A DNA stretch of 58,461 nt from a virus. A program made the position numbers and the translations under genes. How positions within the stretch are numbered: position 1 is the first letter of the stretch; every line of letters begins with the position of its first letter. Positions 18,651-26,357 of this stretch are shown here, one piece after another. The DNA is taken from the IMG/VR virus record IMGVR_UViG_3300033417_000009; one strand, given 5' to 3'. A model generated the notes under the pieces. That model ran no database searches. It saw nothing but the letters and a program-made list of their open reading frames with translations, and was not told the DNA's origin.

Positions 18651-18860
18651 ATGCCCTCGTCAATCATCTACACCTGCGACCGCTGCGGGGCGCGTGTTTC
18701 CAGCACACGCGCACAGGCGCTTTGCTTGAACGCCACCAACCTTAATCGCTCAAGGATCTACTGTTCCAGAACCGTCGCGCATCTGTGCGGCCCCTGTGCA
18801 GGGGTAATCCTTGACCATGCCCGTGAAGCCGTAAGCCTCGTGCCCACGAAAGGAGATTGA
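18651..18860 (+). CDS. Small Zn-ribbon protein (69 aa)
   Basis: MPSSIIYTCDRCGARV...HLCGPCAG. It abuts the previous stop. Confidence 0.5.
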   Translation: MPSSIIYTCDRCGARVSSTRAQALCLNATNLNRSRIYCSRTVAHLCGPCAGVILDHAREAVSLVPTKGD

Positions 18861-18864
18861 TTCC

Positions 18865-19080
18865 ATGCCCACCAACTCCATACCTACCAACAAAGGCCCT
18901 TTTCACAAAACTACTTTGGCCCTGGTAGCTGCGGCCGAGCTGCTCACCGCTGCCATGGTCGCTGTCTATTACGACCGCGCCACGCGCCCAGACGTGTGGC
19001 GCGCCAGTTTCGATGTGTGTCACACCCAGCTCGAACGGGTGGCGCTGGAGTACGAACAATGCTCGAAGCGCTGCCGCTAG
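18865..19080 (+). CDS. Small membrane protein (71 aa)
   Basis: SD aaaggag. The TM segment is TTLALVAAAELLTAAMVAVYY. Confidence 0.5.
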   Translation: MPTNSIPTNKGPFHKTTLALVAAAELLTAAMVAVYYDRATRPDVWRASFDVCHTQLERVALEYEQCSKRCR

Positions 19081-19147
19081 TCATGATCTTCGTTGTCCTT
19101 GTCGTGCTCTACCTAACCAGACACCCTTAACCCCGGAGGAGACCAAG

Positions 19148-20632
19148 ATGCCCACTTCCCCTATGCAACAGGCAATTTATGACCTCGCCCCCTCCCGGCA
19201 ATCGTTCACTGTGAACGCTGTGGCCGGCAGCGGCAAAACCACAACCGGCCTTGCTTTTATCGAGCGCGTCTTACCCGATGTCCAAAACGTGCTCTATTGT
19301 GCTTTCAATAAGCACATCGTTGAAGCTGTTACCGACCGATTGCACCACAACCAGAAGCTAGATTGCCGGACCATTCACAGCTTGTGCTTCCAGCAAGTCA
19401 AATTGGAGTCCGACGCGTCCCGTGCCACGGTCAAGGCGAACAAATATGACAAGCTGGTTGCTGCTGTGCTCGATGCACACTCCGCACTCTGGCGCGATCT
19501 TGGCTATTCCCGCGCCTGGGACGCCGTACCCTCTTTCTCAAAGCTGGTCGATTTCGTGCGGCTGACCTTGACCCCGCCTGATGCCCCCGACGCTATCCAC
19601 GCCATGGCAGCTACCTATAGCTTACTGGCTCCTGCAACGTGGCTGGAATTTATCCCCAGTATTCTTACCGTCGGCGCCAAGCAAGCCGCTCGCCAAGGCC
19701 TCTATGATTTCACGGATATGATTTACCTGCTCAACCGCTGGGACGTGGCCTTAGACCCTTACGATTTTATTTTCCTTGATGAAGCCCAGGACTTGAACGC
19801 GACGCAACTCGCATCCCTGCGGCGTTTCGCGGGACCAGAGAGTGTGGTCATGGCTTGCGGCGACCCGCACCAGTCCATCATGCAATTCTCGGGTTCCGCC
19901 CTTGACTCCTTCACCCGCGTCAAGGCAGGGTTGTGTCACGACAAGGAAATGCCCCTTTCCGTGTGCTACCGCTGTCCCACCAGTGTAGTAGCGTTAGCTC
20001 AGGAGATGGTCCCCCATATTGCTCCAGCCCCGGATGCTATCGAGGGCGAGGTGCGGAACATCCATGAGTCAGAGTTAGCCGACCTCGTGCGACCCGGGGA
20101 CATGGTATTGTGTCGGACGAATGCCCCCCTCGTGTCCGTCTGCCTCGCATTCATCCGCCGGGGTATCCCTGCCCATATCCGGGGCCGGGACATTGGCGCA
20201 TCACTGGCTGCCATAGTCACCAGCGTCAAAGCTACTACCCTGAGCCACTTCCCCGATGCCCTGGATGCATGGGAAGAAAATGAACACACGCGCCTTACCA
20301 AGGCCAAGGCTGGCGAGGGCGCCTTTGACGTGCTCCATGATAAGGTAGATTGTGTCCGCGCTGCTTTTGCGGGGATGAACCCCGCGTCCATCGAAGATTT
20401 CGCAGAGCGTCTCAAGGTCATTTTCTCCGAGGACAATGCGCCTAACCTTGTCACCTTCTCCAGCATTCACCGGGCAAAGGGTCTTGAGGCACCAAACGTT
20501 TTCATCCTGCACCCGGAGAAACTCAGCACCGACCTCGAAGCCGAGCGCAACGTCAAATACGTGGCCGTTACCCGCGCCATGCAGTCGCTCTCGTTCGTCC
20601 GGCCCACCAAGGCGATAGAAGAGCGTTGGTGA
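19148..20632 (+). CDS. SF1 DNA helicase, UvrD/PcrA-like (494 aa)
   Basis: SD ggaggag. Walker A is AVAGSGKTTT and Walker B is FIFLDEAQDL. Later motifs are CYRCP, VLCRTNAPL, SIHRAKGLE and VAVTRA. Confidence 0.8.
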   Translation: MPTSPMQQAIYDLAPSRQSFTVNAVAGSGKTTTGLAFIERVLPDVQNVLYCAFNKHIVEAVTDRLHHNQKLDCRTIHSLCFQQVKLESDASRATVKANKYDKLVAAVLDAHSALWRDLGYSRAWDAVPSFSKLVDFVRLTLTPPDAPDAIHAMAATYSLLAPATWLEFIPSILTVGAKQAARQGLYDFTDMIYLLNRWDVALDPYDFIFLDEAQDLNATQLASLRRFAGPESVVMACGDPHQSIMQFSGSALDSFTRVKAGLCHDKEMPLSVCYRCPTSVVALAQEMVPHIAPAPDAIEGEVRNIHESELADLVRPGDMVLCRTNAPLVSVCLAFIRRGIPAHIRGRDIGASLAAIVTSVKATTLSHFPDALDAWEENEHTRLTKAKAGEGAFDVLHDKVDCVRAAFAGMNPASIEDFAERLKVIFSEDNAPNLVTFSSIHRAKGLEAPNVFILHPEKLSTDLEAERNVKYVAVTRAMQSLSFVRPTKAIEERW

Positions 20633-20670
20633 ATGCCCAACAAAAAGTGCTTGACACCCGCCGTGACCCC

Positions 20671-20919
20671 ATGTTACACGTCGCCACACCACAACCGATG
20701 AAAATGCCCATGCCCAAAAAAGAGTTCCCCCAGGCGCGCCGTAGCTGCATCACAGTCCCCCCGGCTGAAGCTACGGCGCCCCCTTCCACCACGCACCTCC
20801 ACGTGCGCATCCCACTCGGGCTAATGCGCACGCTGGAGCTAGTTGCGGCAGCGGATGATCGTACCGTGAGCTACGTCGTGCGGAGGGCTCTTGAGGAGCA
20901 GTTCACAGATCCAGCTTGA
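20671..20919 (+). CDS. Ribbon-helix-helix (CopG/Arc-like) DNA-binding protein (start uncertain, 20671 or 20698)
   Basis: The C-terminal HLHVRIPLGLMRTLELVAAADDRTVSYVVRRALEEQF fits the RHH beta-alpha-alpha pattern. A weak TTGACA-N17-TTACAC promoter lies at 20651-20679. Confidence 0.55.
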   Translation: MLHVATPQPMKMPMPKKEFPQARRSCITVPPAEATAPPSTTHLHVRIPLGLMRTLELVAAADDRTVSYVVRRALEEQFTDPA

Positions 20920-20957
20920 ACTACCTAACCCACAACCCACAAAGAGGAGAATCAGCC

Positions 20958-21587
20958 ATGCCCACTGCCACGAAACGTAAGCCCCCCGTCACCACGCCCG
21001 CCGACGCCAAGGCCGATGCCCAAGCCGAAGTCAAGGCGCTGGCTACTCAAGTAGCTCGCTTTCCAACCATTGAGTTCATCGAAGACGCTCAAGGGTTGGA
21101 AGTTGCGCACCGCCAACAGCTTCAGCTTGCAGACATCAAGAAGCAGCTTAAGGCGAAGAAAGACGGCATCTTGAAGCTGCTCAAGTTGGTCGAGAAAGAA
21201 GTCAAGGAACTCTTTGCGGAGCCTGAGCGCAGGGTGGAAGCCGCTCTCGCCGCCACCAAGGTTGCCATCGCCAGTTACAACCTTTGGCTTCGGGAGCAAC
21301 AGGAAGCCGAGCGTGCGAAACTTGCCAAAAAAATCGAGAGTGGCAAACTCACCGAGGCCCAAGCCGGCGCCCGCGTGGCCCGGCTCTCTGAGGAGTTGGG
21401 CGCCGCCCACGTGTCTGCCCGCAAACATGCAGTCATGCGAATCGTAGACCCTTCAAAAGTCCATGATCGCTATTGGGTAATAGATGAAGTGGCGCTCCGG
21501 GCCGATGCCCTCGCTGCCCACAAAAACGAGCGCCCTCTCCCCACGGGAGTGGAAGTCGTTGAAGAAGAAATTATCGTCAACCGTTAG
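20958..21587 (+). CDS. Coiled-coil protein of the recombination module (209 aa)
   Basis: SD agaggag. The sequence has long heptad-like Lys/Glu/Ala helices. No family was recognised. Confidence 0.6.
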   Translation: MPTATKRKPPVTTPADAKADAQAEVKALATQVARFPTIEFIEDAQGLEVAHRQQLQLADIKKQLKAKKDGILKLLKLVEKEVKELFAEPERRVEAALAATKVAIASYNLWLREQQEAERAKLAKKIESGKLTEAQAGARVARLSEELGAAHVSARKHAVMRIVDPSKVHDRYWVIDEVALRADALAAHKNERPLPTGVEVVEEEIIVNR

Positions 21588-21615
21588 ACCCGCTCGCAGG
21601 GAGGAAAAACGTCAC

Positions 21616-22680
21616 ATGAGTTATCTCGACACCCCTGACACCGGGCGTCTCTCTTACGACAACGTTCGAGCCATCCTTGTTGCATGGCTCGATCGCCACA
21701 AGCGCACCGATTTCCCGTGGCGCGTTCACCCGGATGACGTGGAAGTACCCATCGTGAATACTCTCTACACCACGCCACATGATGAATGTCTCTGCGGTCA
21801 CGCCCTCAGTAGACATACTCGGCGCGAGGGCACTGAGCCTGAGGAGCGCCCGTGCGACATGTGCGTCTGCGCCACCTACCGCAACTGCATCAAGCATGTG
21901 GGTAAGTTGGATTTGCTGGGCCAACCTACCGGGGCCAGCGGCAGCTATTGCCCGGTAGACCACAAGACCACTTACAAAATCGACGCCAAATTCGTCCGGC
22001 AGTTTGATATATCGAGCCAGCTTTCCGGCTACCTGTGGGCAGCGGGTAAGTTATGCGACACGCCCGGCCACCAGCTCGTGGCGTTCATCAACGCCATTGA
22101 GCTATCCCAGCTTCCCACATCCGACCGACGTTGCTCCAAACACGGCGTACAGTACAACGAGTGCTCGCTAGAACACATGAACTGTCAAGTAATTGGCCCG
22201 ATCGAGCGCACGGCCTCGCAGATCGAACGGTGGGAATCGGATGCAATCACATTCGGCATCAGATTCCATAAACTGTGGTCACACGCCCGCCGCTTCGGCG
22301 CCGACGCCATGCCCGATGTACCCATGGAAGGCACATTCAACAACTCCTGCGGTTGGTGTGAGTTTCGGGAGTGGTGTCTATTTTCTCGTTCCACGCTACA
22401 AACAGAGCGCTTCACGCACTCCCCGTGGGAACCATGGGTCCATGCATCTTTGAAGAAGCCCAAATTCACCACGCTCTACATCGACAACACCATTATGCAA
22501 TCCGTGGCCAATTGCTCCACCCTGACCGTTGCTCGCCACGGCTTGCACATGACAAACCCTGAGCGCCAGGGTCCCCTCAACGCAGGAACCGCAGTTCACG
22601 CAGCCCTCGAAGTTTGGTTCAAAGGCGATTCTGTGAAAAAGGCCCTGGCAGCTTTCGATGAAGCCTACATCCCATTTTAG
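21616..22680 (+). CDS. PD-(D/E)xK nuclease, Cas4/RecB-like with Fe-S cysteines; motif order appears circularly permuted
   Basis: SD gggaggaaaaa. Motifs in order: VEVPI (E), GKLDLLG (motif II), PVDHKTT (motif III), SQLSGYLWA (QxxxY), CGWCEFREWC. The normally N-terminal segment IMQSVANCSTL...NAGTAVHAALEVWFKG comes only after those. Confidence 0.7.
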   Translation: MSYLDTPDTGRLSYDNVRAILVAWLDRHKRTDFPWRVHPDDVEVPIVNTLYTTPHDECLCGHALSRHTRREGTEPEERPCDMCVCATYRNCIKHVGKLDLLGQPTGASGSYCPVDHKTTYKIDAKFVRQFDISSQLSGYLWAAGKLCDTPGHQLVAFINAIELSQLPTSDRRCSKHGVQYNECSLEHMNCQVIGPIERTASQIERWESDAITFGIRFHKLWSHARRFGADAMPDVPMEGTFNNSCGWCEFREWCLFSRSTLQTERFTHSPWEPWVHASLKKPKFTTLYIDNTIMQSVANCSTLTVARHGLHMTNPERQGPLNAGTAVHAALEVWFKGDSVKKALAAFDEAYIPF

Positions 22681-22704
22681 TCGGGAGAAAAGTCAACCCA
22701 ACTA

Positions 22705-22734
22705 TTGACATCACGCCACATGGTTGTGTAGAAA
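22705..22734 (+). promoter_or_regulatory. Sigma70-like promoter TTGACA-N18-TAGAAA
   Basis: Read directly. It is preceded by aaaaGTCAAC (22692-22697). The ATG of the next gene is only 13 nt past the -10, with no SD. Confidence 0.45.
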
Positions 22735-22747
22735 ACAACACTCGCAA

Positions 22748-22981
22748 ATGACCACTGCCCAATCAGCTTACGTGTTCACTGTCCCGCACAATCGCATCGC
22801 AGTGTTGTGCAATCGCCATTGTGTCGTGGAACATGGCCCTTACGTAGTCCGCAATTTCATCGGCGACCACATCGACACCCTGCGTCAACACTTGCGCGTG
22901 CTCAAGAAGCGCACCCCCACAAAGAAGCGCACTTCCACAACGAAGGGAACCCACAATGTCCAAGAGGCTAACCCGGGCTGA
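22748..22981 (+). CDS. Small hypothetical protein (77 aa)
   Basis: MTTAQSAYVFTVPHNRIAVLCNRHCVVEHGPYVVRNF... with a basic C-terminus. It would have a near-leaderless start after the 22705 promoter. Confidence 0.5.
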   Translation: MTTAQSAYVFTVPHNRIAVLCNRHCVVEHGPYVVRNFIGDHIDTLRQHLRVLKKRTPTKKRTSTTKGTHNVQEANPG

Positions 22982-23816
22982 CGCCCAGCGCCCCCGTAAA
23001 CCGGACCCAGACCTGCTGTTCGAGATCCACTACTACCACGACCCAGACCCGGAGAAGCCAGATGGCTTCGCGCTCTTCCGCGATGAGCAAAAACAGTTCG
23101 ATCCCACCGCGTGGGCTACATGGATTGGCGACAGTGTAACTGCCGCTGTCGTTGCCGCGCGCCTTGAACAACAATTCGTGATTCAGCCCGAAGTAAAACA
23201 ACCCATGAAGTGGCATGCCGGGGCCACAGACCAACTCGAAATGCAATTGGTCCGCCGGGTGGCCTCGTACCCGTGCAACGTCGTTCTCACCGCGCACATC
23301 GCCGATGCCTACGTAGAACAGCCAACGCCGCAGGGCGTCCGCCGTTCCGACCGACGCGTACCCATGGCCGAAACCAGTGAAGGGCGCCCTATCCTCTTGC
23401 AAGGCATTTCTGCTCCTGGGCGCCTGGCCCGAGACAAAGGTCTCGTGTCACAATACGCCGAAGTCTACCGCGCTTACGTGGTGATGGGCAAGAAAGGCCC
23501 GGAGTGGTACTTGCAAACAGAACCGGACGGCGATTGGATTGTGATGTCACAGTTGCTCGCTCCTGATGGCGCACGCCCGGACTATAAAGAGCTGTGGGAC
23601 AACTACAAGGGGCCAAAGACCCGCCCTCCAGTCCACGCTATCATCTACGGCCACCCCGGCACCAAGAAGAGCACCTTTGCCGCCACCTTCCCAACCCCTA
23701 CCTACGTTGCCGCTTTTGATGCCTATGGCAAAGACATGCCCTACACACGTCTCGGTGAAGTAGAAGAAGACGAAAGTGACCTTGGCGTACCCATCAAGAG
23801 AGTGTACCGTGCCTAG
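22956..23816 (+). CDS. AAA_24/Sak4-like RecA-fold ATPase; Walker A lies at the C-terminus (apparent circular permutation)
   Basis: ATWIGDSVTA (Walker B-like) and CNVVLTAHIAD (the nvi..aH motif) lie in the N-terminal half. VHAIIYGHPGTKKSTFAATFPTPTYVAAFDAYG (the P-loop segment that normally opens AAA_24 proteins) lies at residues ~228-260 of 286. Confidence 0.6.
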   Translation: MSKRLTRADAQRPRKPDPDLLFEIHYYHDPDPEKPDGFALFRDEQKQFDPTAWATWIGDSVTAAVVAARLEQQFVIQPEVKQPMKWHAGATDQLEMQLVRRVASYPCNVVLTAHIADAYVEQPTPQGVRRSDRRVPMAETSEGRPILLQGISAPGRLARDKGLVSQYAEVYRAYVVMGKKGPEWYLQTEPDGDWIVMSQLLAPDGARPDYKELWDNYKGPKTRPPVHAIIYGHPGTKKSTFAATFPTPTYVAAFDAYGKDMPYTRLGEVEEDESDLGVPIKRVYRA

Positions 23817-23822
23817 CCACAC

Positions 23823-23993
23823 ATGCTCATTTATCTTACCATCATCTTCGCGGTGCTCTGTGCCGCGCTCTGGATTATCGCCCTCTTACTTTCCCTCGCG
23901 ATTTACGCAGATCGCACTGGGGAATGTGAACGGAAATTAGGGACACCCGAGCCCCGGAAAGGAGAACTCGCAAATGGCAAAAGCAACCGATGA
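23823..23993 (+). CDS. Small membrane protein (56 aa)
   Basis: MLIYLTIIFAVLCAALWIIALLLSLAIYA, then a charged tail. It is below the ORF-track length cut-off and was read by hand. Confidence 0.4.
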   Translation: MLIYLTIIFAVLCAALWIIALLLSLAIYADRTGECERKLGTPEPRKGELANGKSNR

Positions 23994-24168
23994 AGTGTTG
24001 GCCCGCCTGCAAGCGGAAGAAGCTGATATTGATCGCGCCAGTCTGGCGCTGGTCAAAGACAGTGCTCTTGCAAAGCCACGCCGTCGTCGTGAGAATGATG
24101 ACGCGGTCGAGCGCGTGGCCCGGCCCTTGCGCCGCCCACTTCGCCCGACCGAAGAAGAGGATGGTTAG
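23974..24168 (+). CDS. Small charged hypothetical protein (64 aa)
   Basis: SD aaaggag precedes the ATG. Sequence begins MAKATDEVLARLQAEEADIDRASL... Confidence 0.5.
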   Translation: MAKATDEVLARLQAEEADIDRASLALVKDSALAKPRRRRENDDAVERVARPLRRPLRPTEEEDG

Positions 24169-24264
24169 GGCAAAACTCACAAAGTGCGCCTGCCTAGCAC
24201 CCACCATGACCGCTGACTACTGGCAGTGAAATAGTTGGCACCCAACAAGGAAAGGAAACACGAT

Positions 24265-24942
24265 ATGGCAGCGAAAAAGGGAGCCGGTTTCGACTGGGAT
24301 TCAATCCCAACTTCCTCGATGTACCCCAACGGGTACTACAACCTGGAAGTGGTGAAGACCGAAGTCGGCGAGAGTCGCAACGGCTACAAACAGTACACAT
24401 TGGAACACCAGATCACGGAGCCCAAGGAATACGCTGGGCGTCTCTACTGGGAGCGTTTCACAATCGGCAACGACGCCGACCCGGAGGCTGAAGACCCGGA
24501 CACCTGGAAGCAGTCCGTCGGCGCCCAACGTCTGAAGAAGTACCTTCTGGCTGCGAAATTCAAGACCAACGGCCAACACCCCGATGAGTTGATCCCGGAG
24601 CTGGAAGGTGTGGAAGTGTGTGCTCACCTTGCCATCAAGATCCAGACGAAAGGTGATTACAAGGGGCAGGAGCAGCAAACTTCCAACTTCTACGCCCTCG
24701 GTGAAAGGGAGCCGCAGTTGTTGGCGGACTCCGACAAGCCCAACGCCCGTCGCGTCCCGCGCAAGCGACACGAAGTGGATGAGGAAGAAGCCCCGGCTCC
24801 GACCCGTCGGCGTACTCGGGTTGCTGAGGAGGAGGAAGAGGAGGAGCCCGTGCCTCGACGACGACGACGGGCAGCGGAAGAGGAAGAGGAGGAGGAAGAG
24901 GAGGAGCCCGTGTCACGCCGAGCCCGGCGCAAGCGTTCTTAA
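24265..24942 (+). CDS. ssDNA-binding protein, DUF669 / T7 gp2.5-like, with alternating acidic/basic C-terminal tail
   Basis: GFDWDSIPTSSMYPNGYYNLEVVKTEV..GYKQYTLEHQITEPKEYAGRLYWERFTIG matches the DUF669 opening. The tail is EEEEEEEPVPRRRRRAAEEEEEEEEEEPVSRRARRKRS. Confidence 0.65.
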   Translation: MAAKKGAGFDWDSIPTSSMYPNGYYNLEVVKTEVGESRNGYKQYTLEHQITEPKEYAGRLYWERFTIGNDADPEAEDPDTWKQSVGAQRLKKYLLAAKFKTNGQHPDELIPELEGVEVCAHLAIKIQTKGDYKGQEQQTSNFYALGEREPQLLADSDKPNARRVPRKRHEVDEEEAPAPTRRRTRVAEEEEEEEPVPRRRRRAAEEEEEEEEEEPVSRRARRKRS

Positions 24943-24958
24943 CGCTGTTAATTAAAAG

Positions 24959-24985
24959 GGGGGTGGGGTCAAAAGCCTCACCCCC
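24959..24985. terminator. GC-rich hairpin between the SSB and polymerase genes (terminator or attenuator candidate)
   Basis: gggggtgggg-tcaaaag-cctcaccccc forms a 10-bp stem with one G-U. It has an A-tract and GTTAATTAA on the 5-prime side and no T-run on the 3-prime side. Confidence 0.35.
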
Positions 24986-25006
24986 ATTCCATAAAGGTCA
25001 ACGCCC

Positions 25007-26149
25007 ATGCCCCGCCGTATTGGTAAGGTGCCGCCGTCCGGCCCCCTCACCGCCCGCATCGTCGCAATCAGTGAAGCCCCAGACGAACACGAAGAACGGT
25101 TGGGGCGCCCATTCGCAGGCCCCTCCGGCTATTGGTGGGAGCAATGGCTTACAGCGGCCAGCTTACATCGCGAAGACATCTATGTGGACAACGTGTTCCC
25201 TTACAGGTGCCCCGGCAACAAAATAAAACATGGTCCCCGTGATGAGATAGAGACGTGGGCCAACAATCTCCACGCCCGTCTCACTGCGTTGAAAGACCCC
25301 ATCGTGATCGTTCCCATGGGTAACGTGGCCCTCCGCGCCCTCACCCGTGAACCATTGTGGGCGCACACTAGCCGCAAGATTGGCGACTGGCGCGGGTCCA
25401 TTTTGCCCTACCACATGACCGATGGACGCCAGGCAAAAATCATCCCCACTTACCATTCCGCCGCCACGTTCCGCGACAACTCGCTTGTGAAATTGATTGT
25501 GGCGGACTGGTGCCGTGTTGCAGCTGATCAGCACTTCTACAAGCTACGCCATCCAGTCTACACGAGCTACATCCCTGGACATACCCGGCGTGGTACACTG
25601 GAGCGCTACCTCGATGCAGCCAGGGATCCCGCTGTAGTCATGGCCATCGACATCGAGTGCCCAAACAAACGGATGGCGTGCGTAGGTTTCTCTTTCCATC
25701 CCGATGAAAGTCTCACTCTGCGCTGGCCTGACGACTACGCGGCTATTAAGACTCTCTGTGAGAGCCCCTGTCGCAAGGTGGGGCAGAACTTTCGTTTTGA
25801 CCGTTACTGGCTCCACCCTCCCTCGGGCTTAGCAGAGCTGTCCCGCAAGCACTGGCTCATGCCTCGGCTTCCAACCATCCGTGTGGCCGGGCGCATCTTT
25901 GACCTACTAGACATGCACCATGCCCTCGATAGCACCCTACCCCATGACCTCGCCACTATGGCCTCGCTCGACACTCGTCAGCCCTACTGGAAGAAAAGCT
26001 GGAAGGATTCTGACGAAGTTGACCGCACGCCCTTCGATGACCTTTGTCTCTACAACGGTATTGACTGCTGCGTCACCCGATATCTCTATGACATCTACAC
26101 CACACGATTGAAGGAGACCCATTATGATGAACCACAAGATTTTCAATGA
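25007..26149 (+). CDS. DNA polymerase A, N-terminal fragment: family-4 UDG-like domain plus 3-prime-5-prime exonuclease domain
   Basis: ISEAPDEHEERLGRPFAGPSGYWW...DNVFPYRCPGNK matches GEaPG..E...G.PF.G.sG. Exo I is AIDIEC, Exo II is QNFRFD and Exo III is LYNGIDCC. The ORF stops about 15 aa after Exo III. Confidence 0.75.
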   Translation: MPRRIGKVPPSGPLTARIVAISEAPDEHEERLGRPFAGPSGYWWEQWLTAASLHREDIYVDNVFPYRCPGNKIKHGPRDEIETWANNLHARLTALKDPIVIVPMGNVALRALTREPLWAHTSRKIGDWRGSILPYHMTDGRQAKIIPTYHSAATFRDNSLVKLIVADWCRVAADQHFYKLRHPVYTSYIPGHTRRGTLERYLDAARDPAVVMAIDIECPNKRMACVGFSFHPDESLTLRWPDDYAAIKTLCESPCRKVGQNFRFDRYWLHPPSGLAELSRKHWLMPRLPTIRVAGRIFDLLDMHHALDSTLPHDLATMASLDTRQPYWKKSWKDSDEVDRTPFDDLCLYNGIDCCVTRYLYDIYTTRLKETHYDEPQDFQ

Positions 26150-26357
26150 CCCTGACGACCGCTCCAATTACAACGACCCGCTCCTAGATCAGATCAACCT
26201 CGACGATGACGAGGACGACCTCGAAGATGGCGATGAAGACGAAGATGAAGATGAAGAAGACGCGTGGAGCGATGACGAGGACGACGACTACTTTGAACAG
26301 GAACGCCCTTGGAAAATACGATGGCCTGACGGGCGTAATGCTAATGAGTGGTATTGA
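26124..26357 (+). CDS. Hyper-acidic 77-aa protein inserted between the two PolA fragments (DNA-mimic candidate)
   Basis: SD AAGGAG lies 7 nt before ATGATG. By my count 33 of 77 residues are D/E (DDDEDDLEDGDEDEDEDEEDAWSDDEDDDYFEQE). It sits in the third frame, overlapping the end of 25007..26149 and the start of 26338..27987. Confidence 0.6.
   Translation: MMNHKIFNDPDDRSNYNDPLLDQINLDDDEDDLEDGDEDEDEDEEDAWSDDEDDDYFEQERPWKIRWPDGRNANEWY

Noticed and set aside
24780-24915. A GAG/GAA-rich tract, considered as a cluster of ribosome-binding sites or a non-coding repeat.
   Set aside because: It is in frame with the SSB gene and encodes its poly-Glu/Arg tail, with the unit EEEEEEEPV.RR.RR duplicated.
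26206-26337. The N-terminal 44 codons of the polymerase track ORF (MTRTTSKMAMKTKMKMKK...).
   Set aside because: It is a Lys/Thr/Met-rich out-of-frame reading of the GA-rich acidic ORF. Polymerase-like sequence starts after the ATGs at 26338 and 26344.
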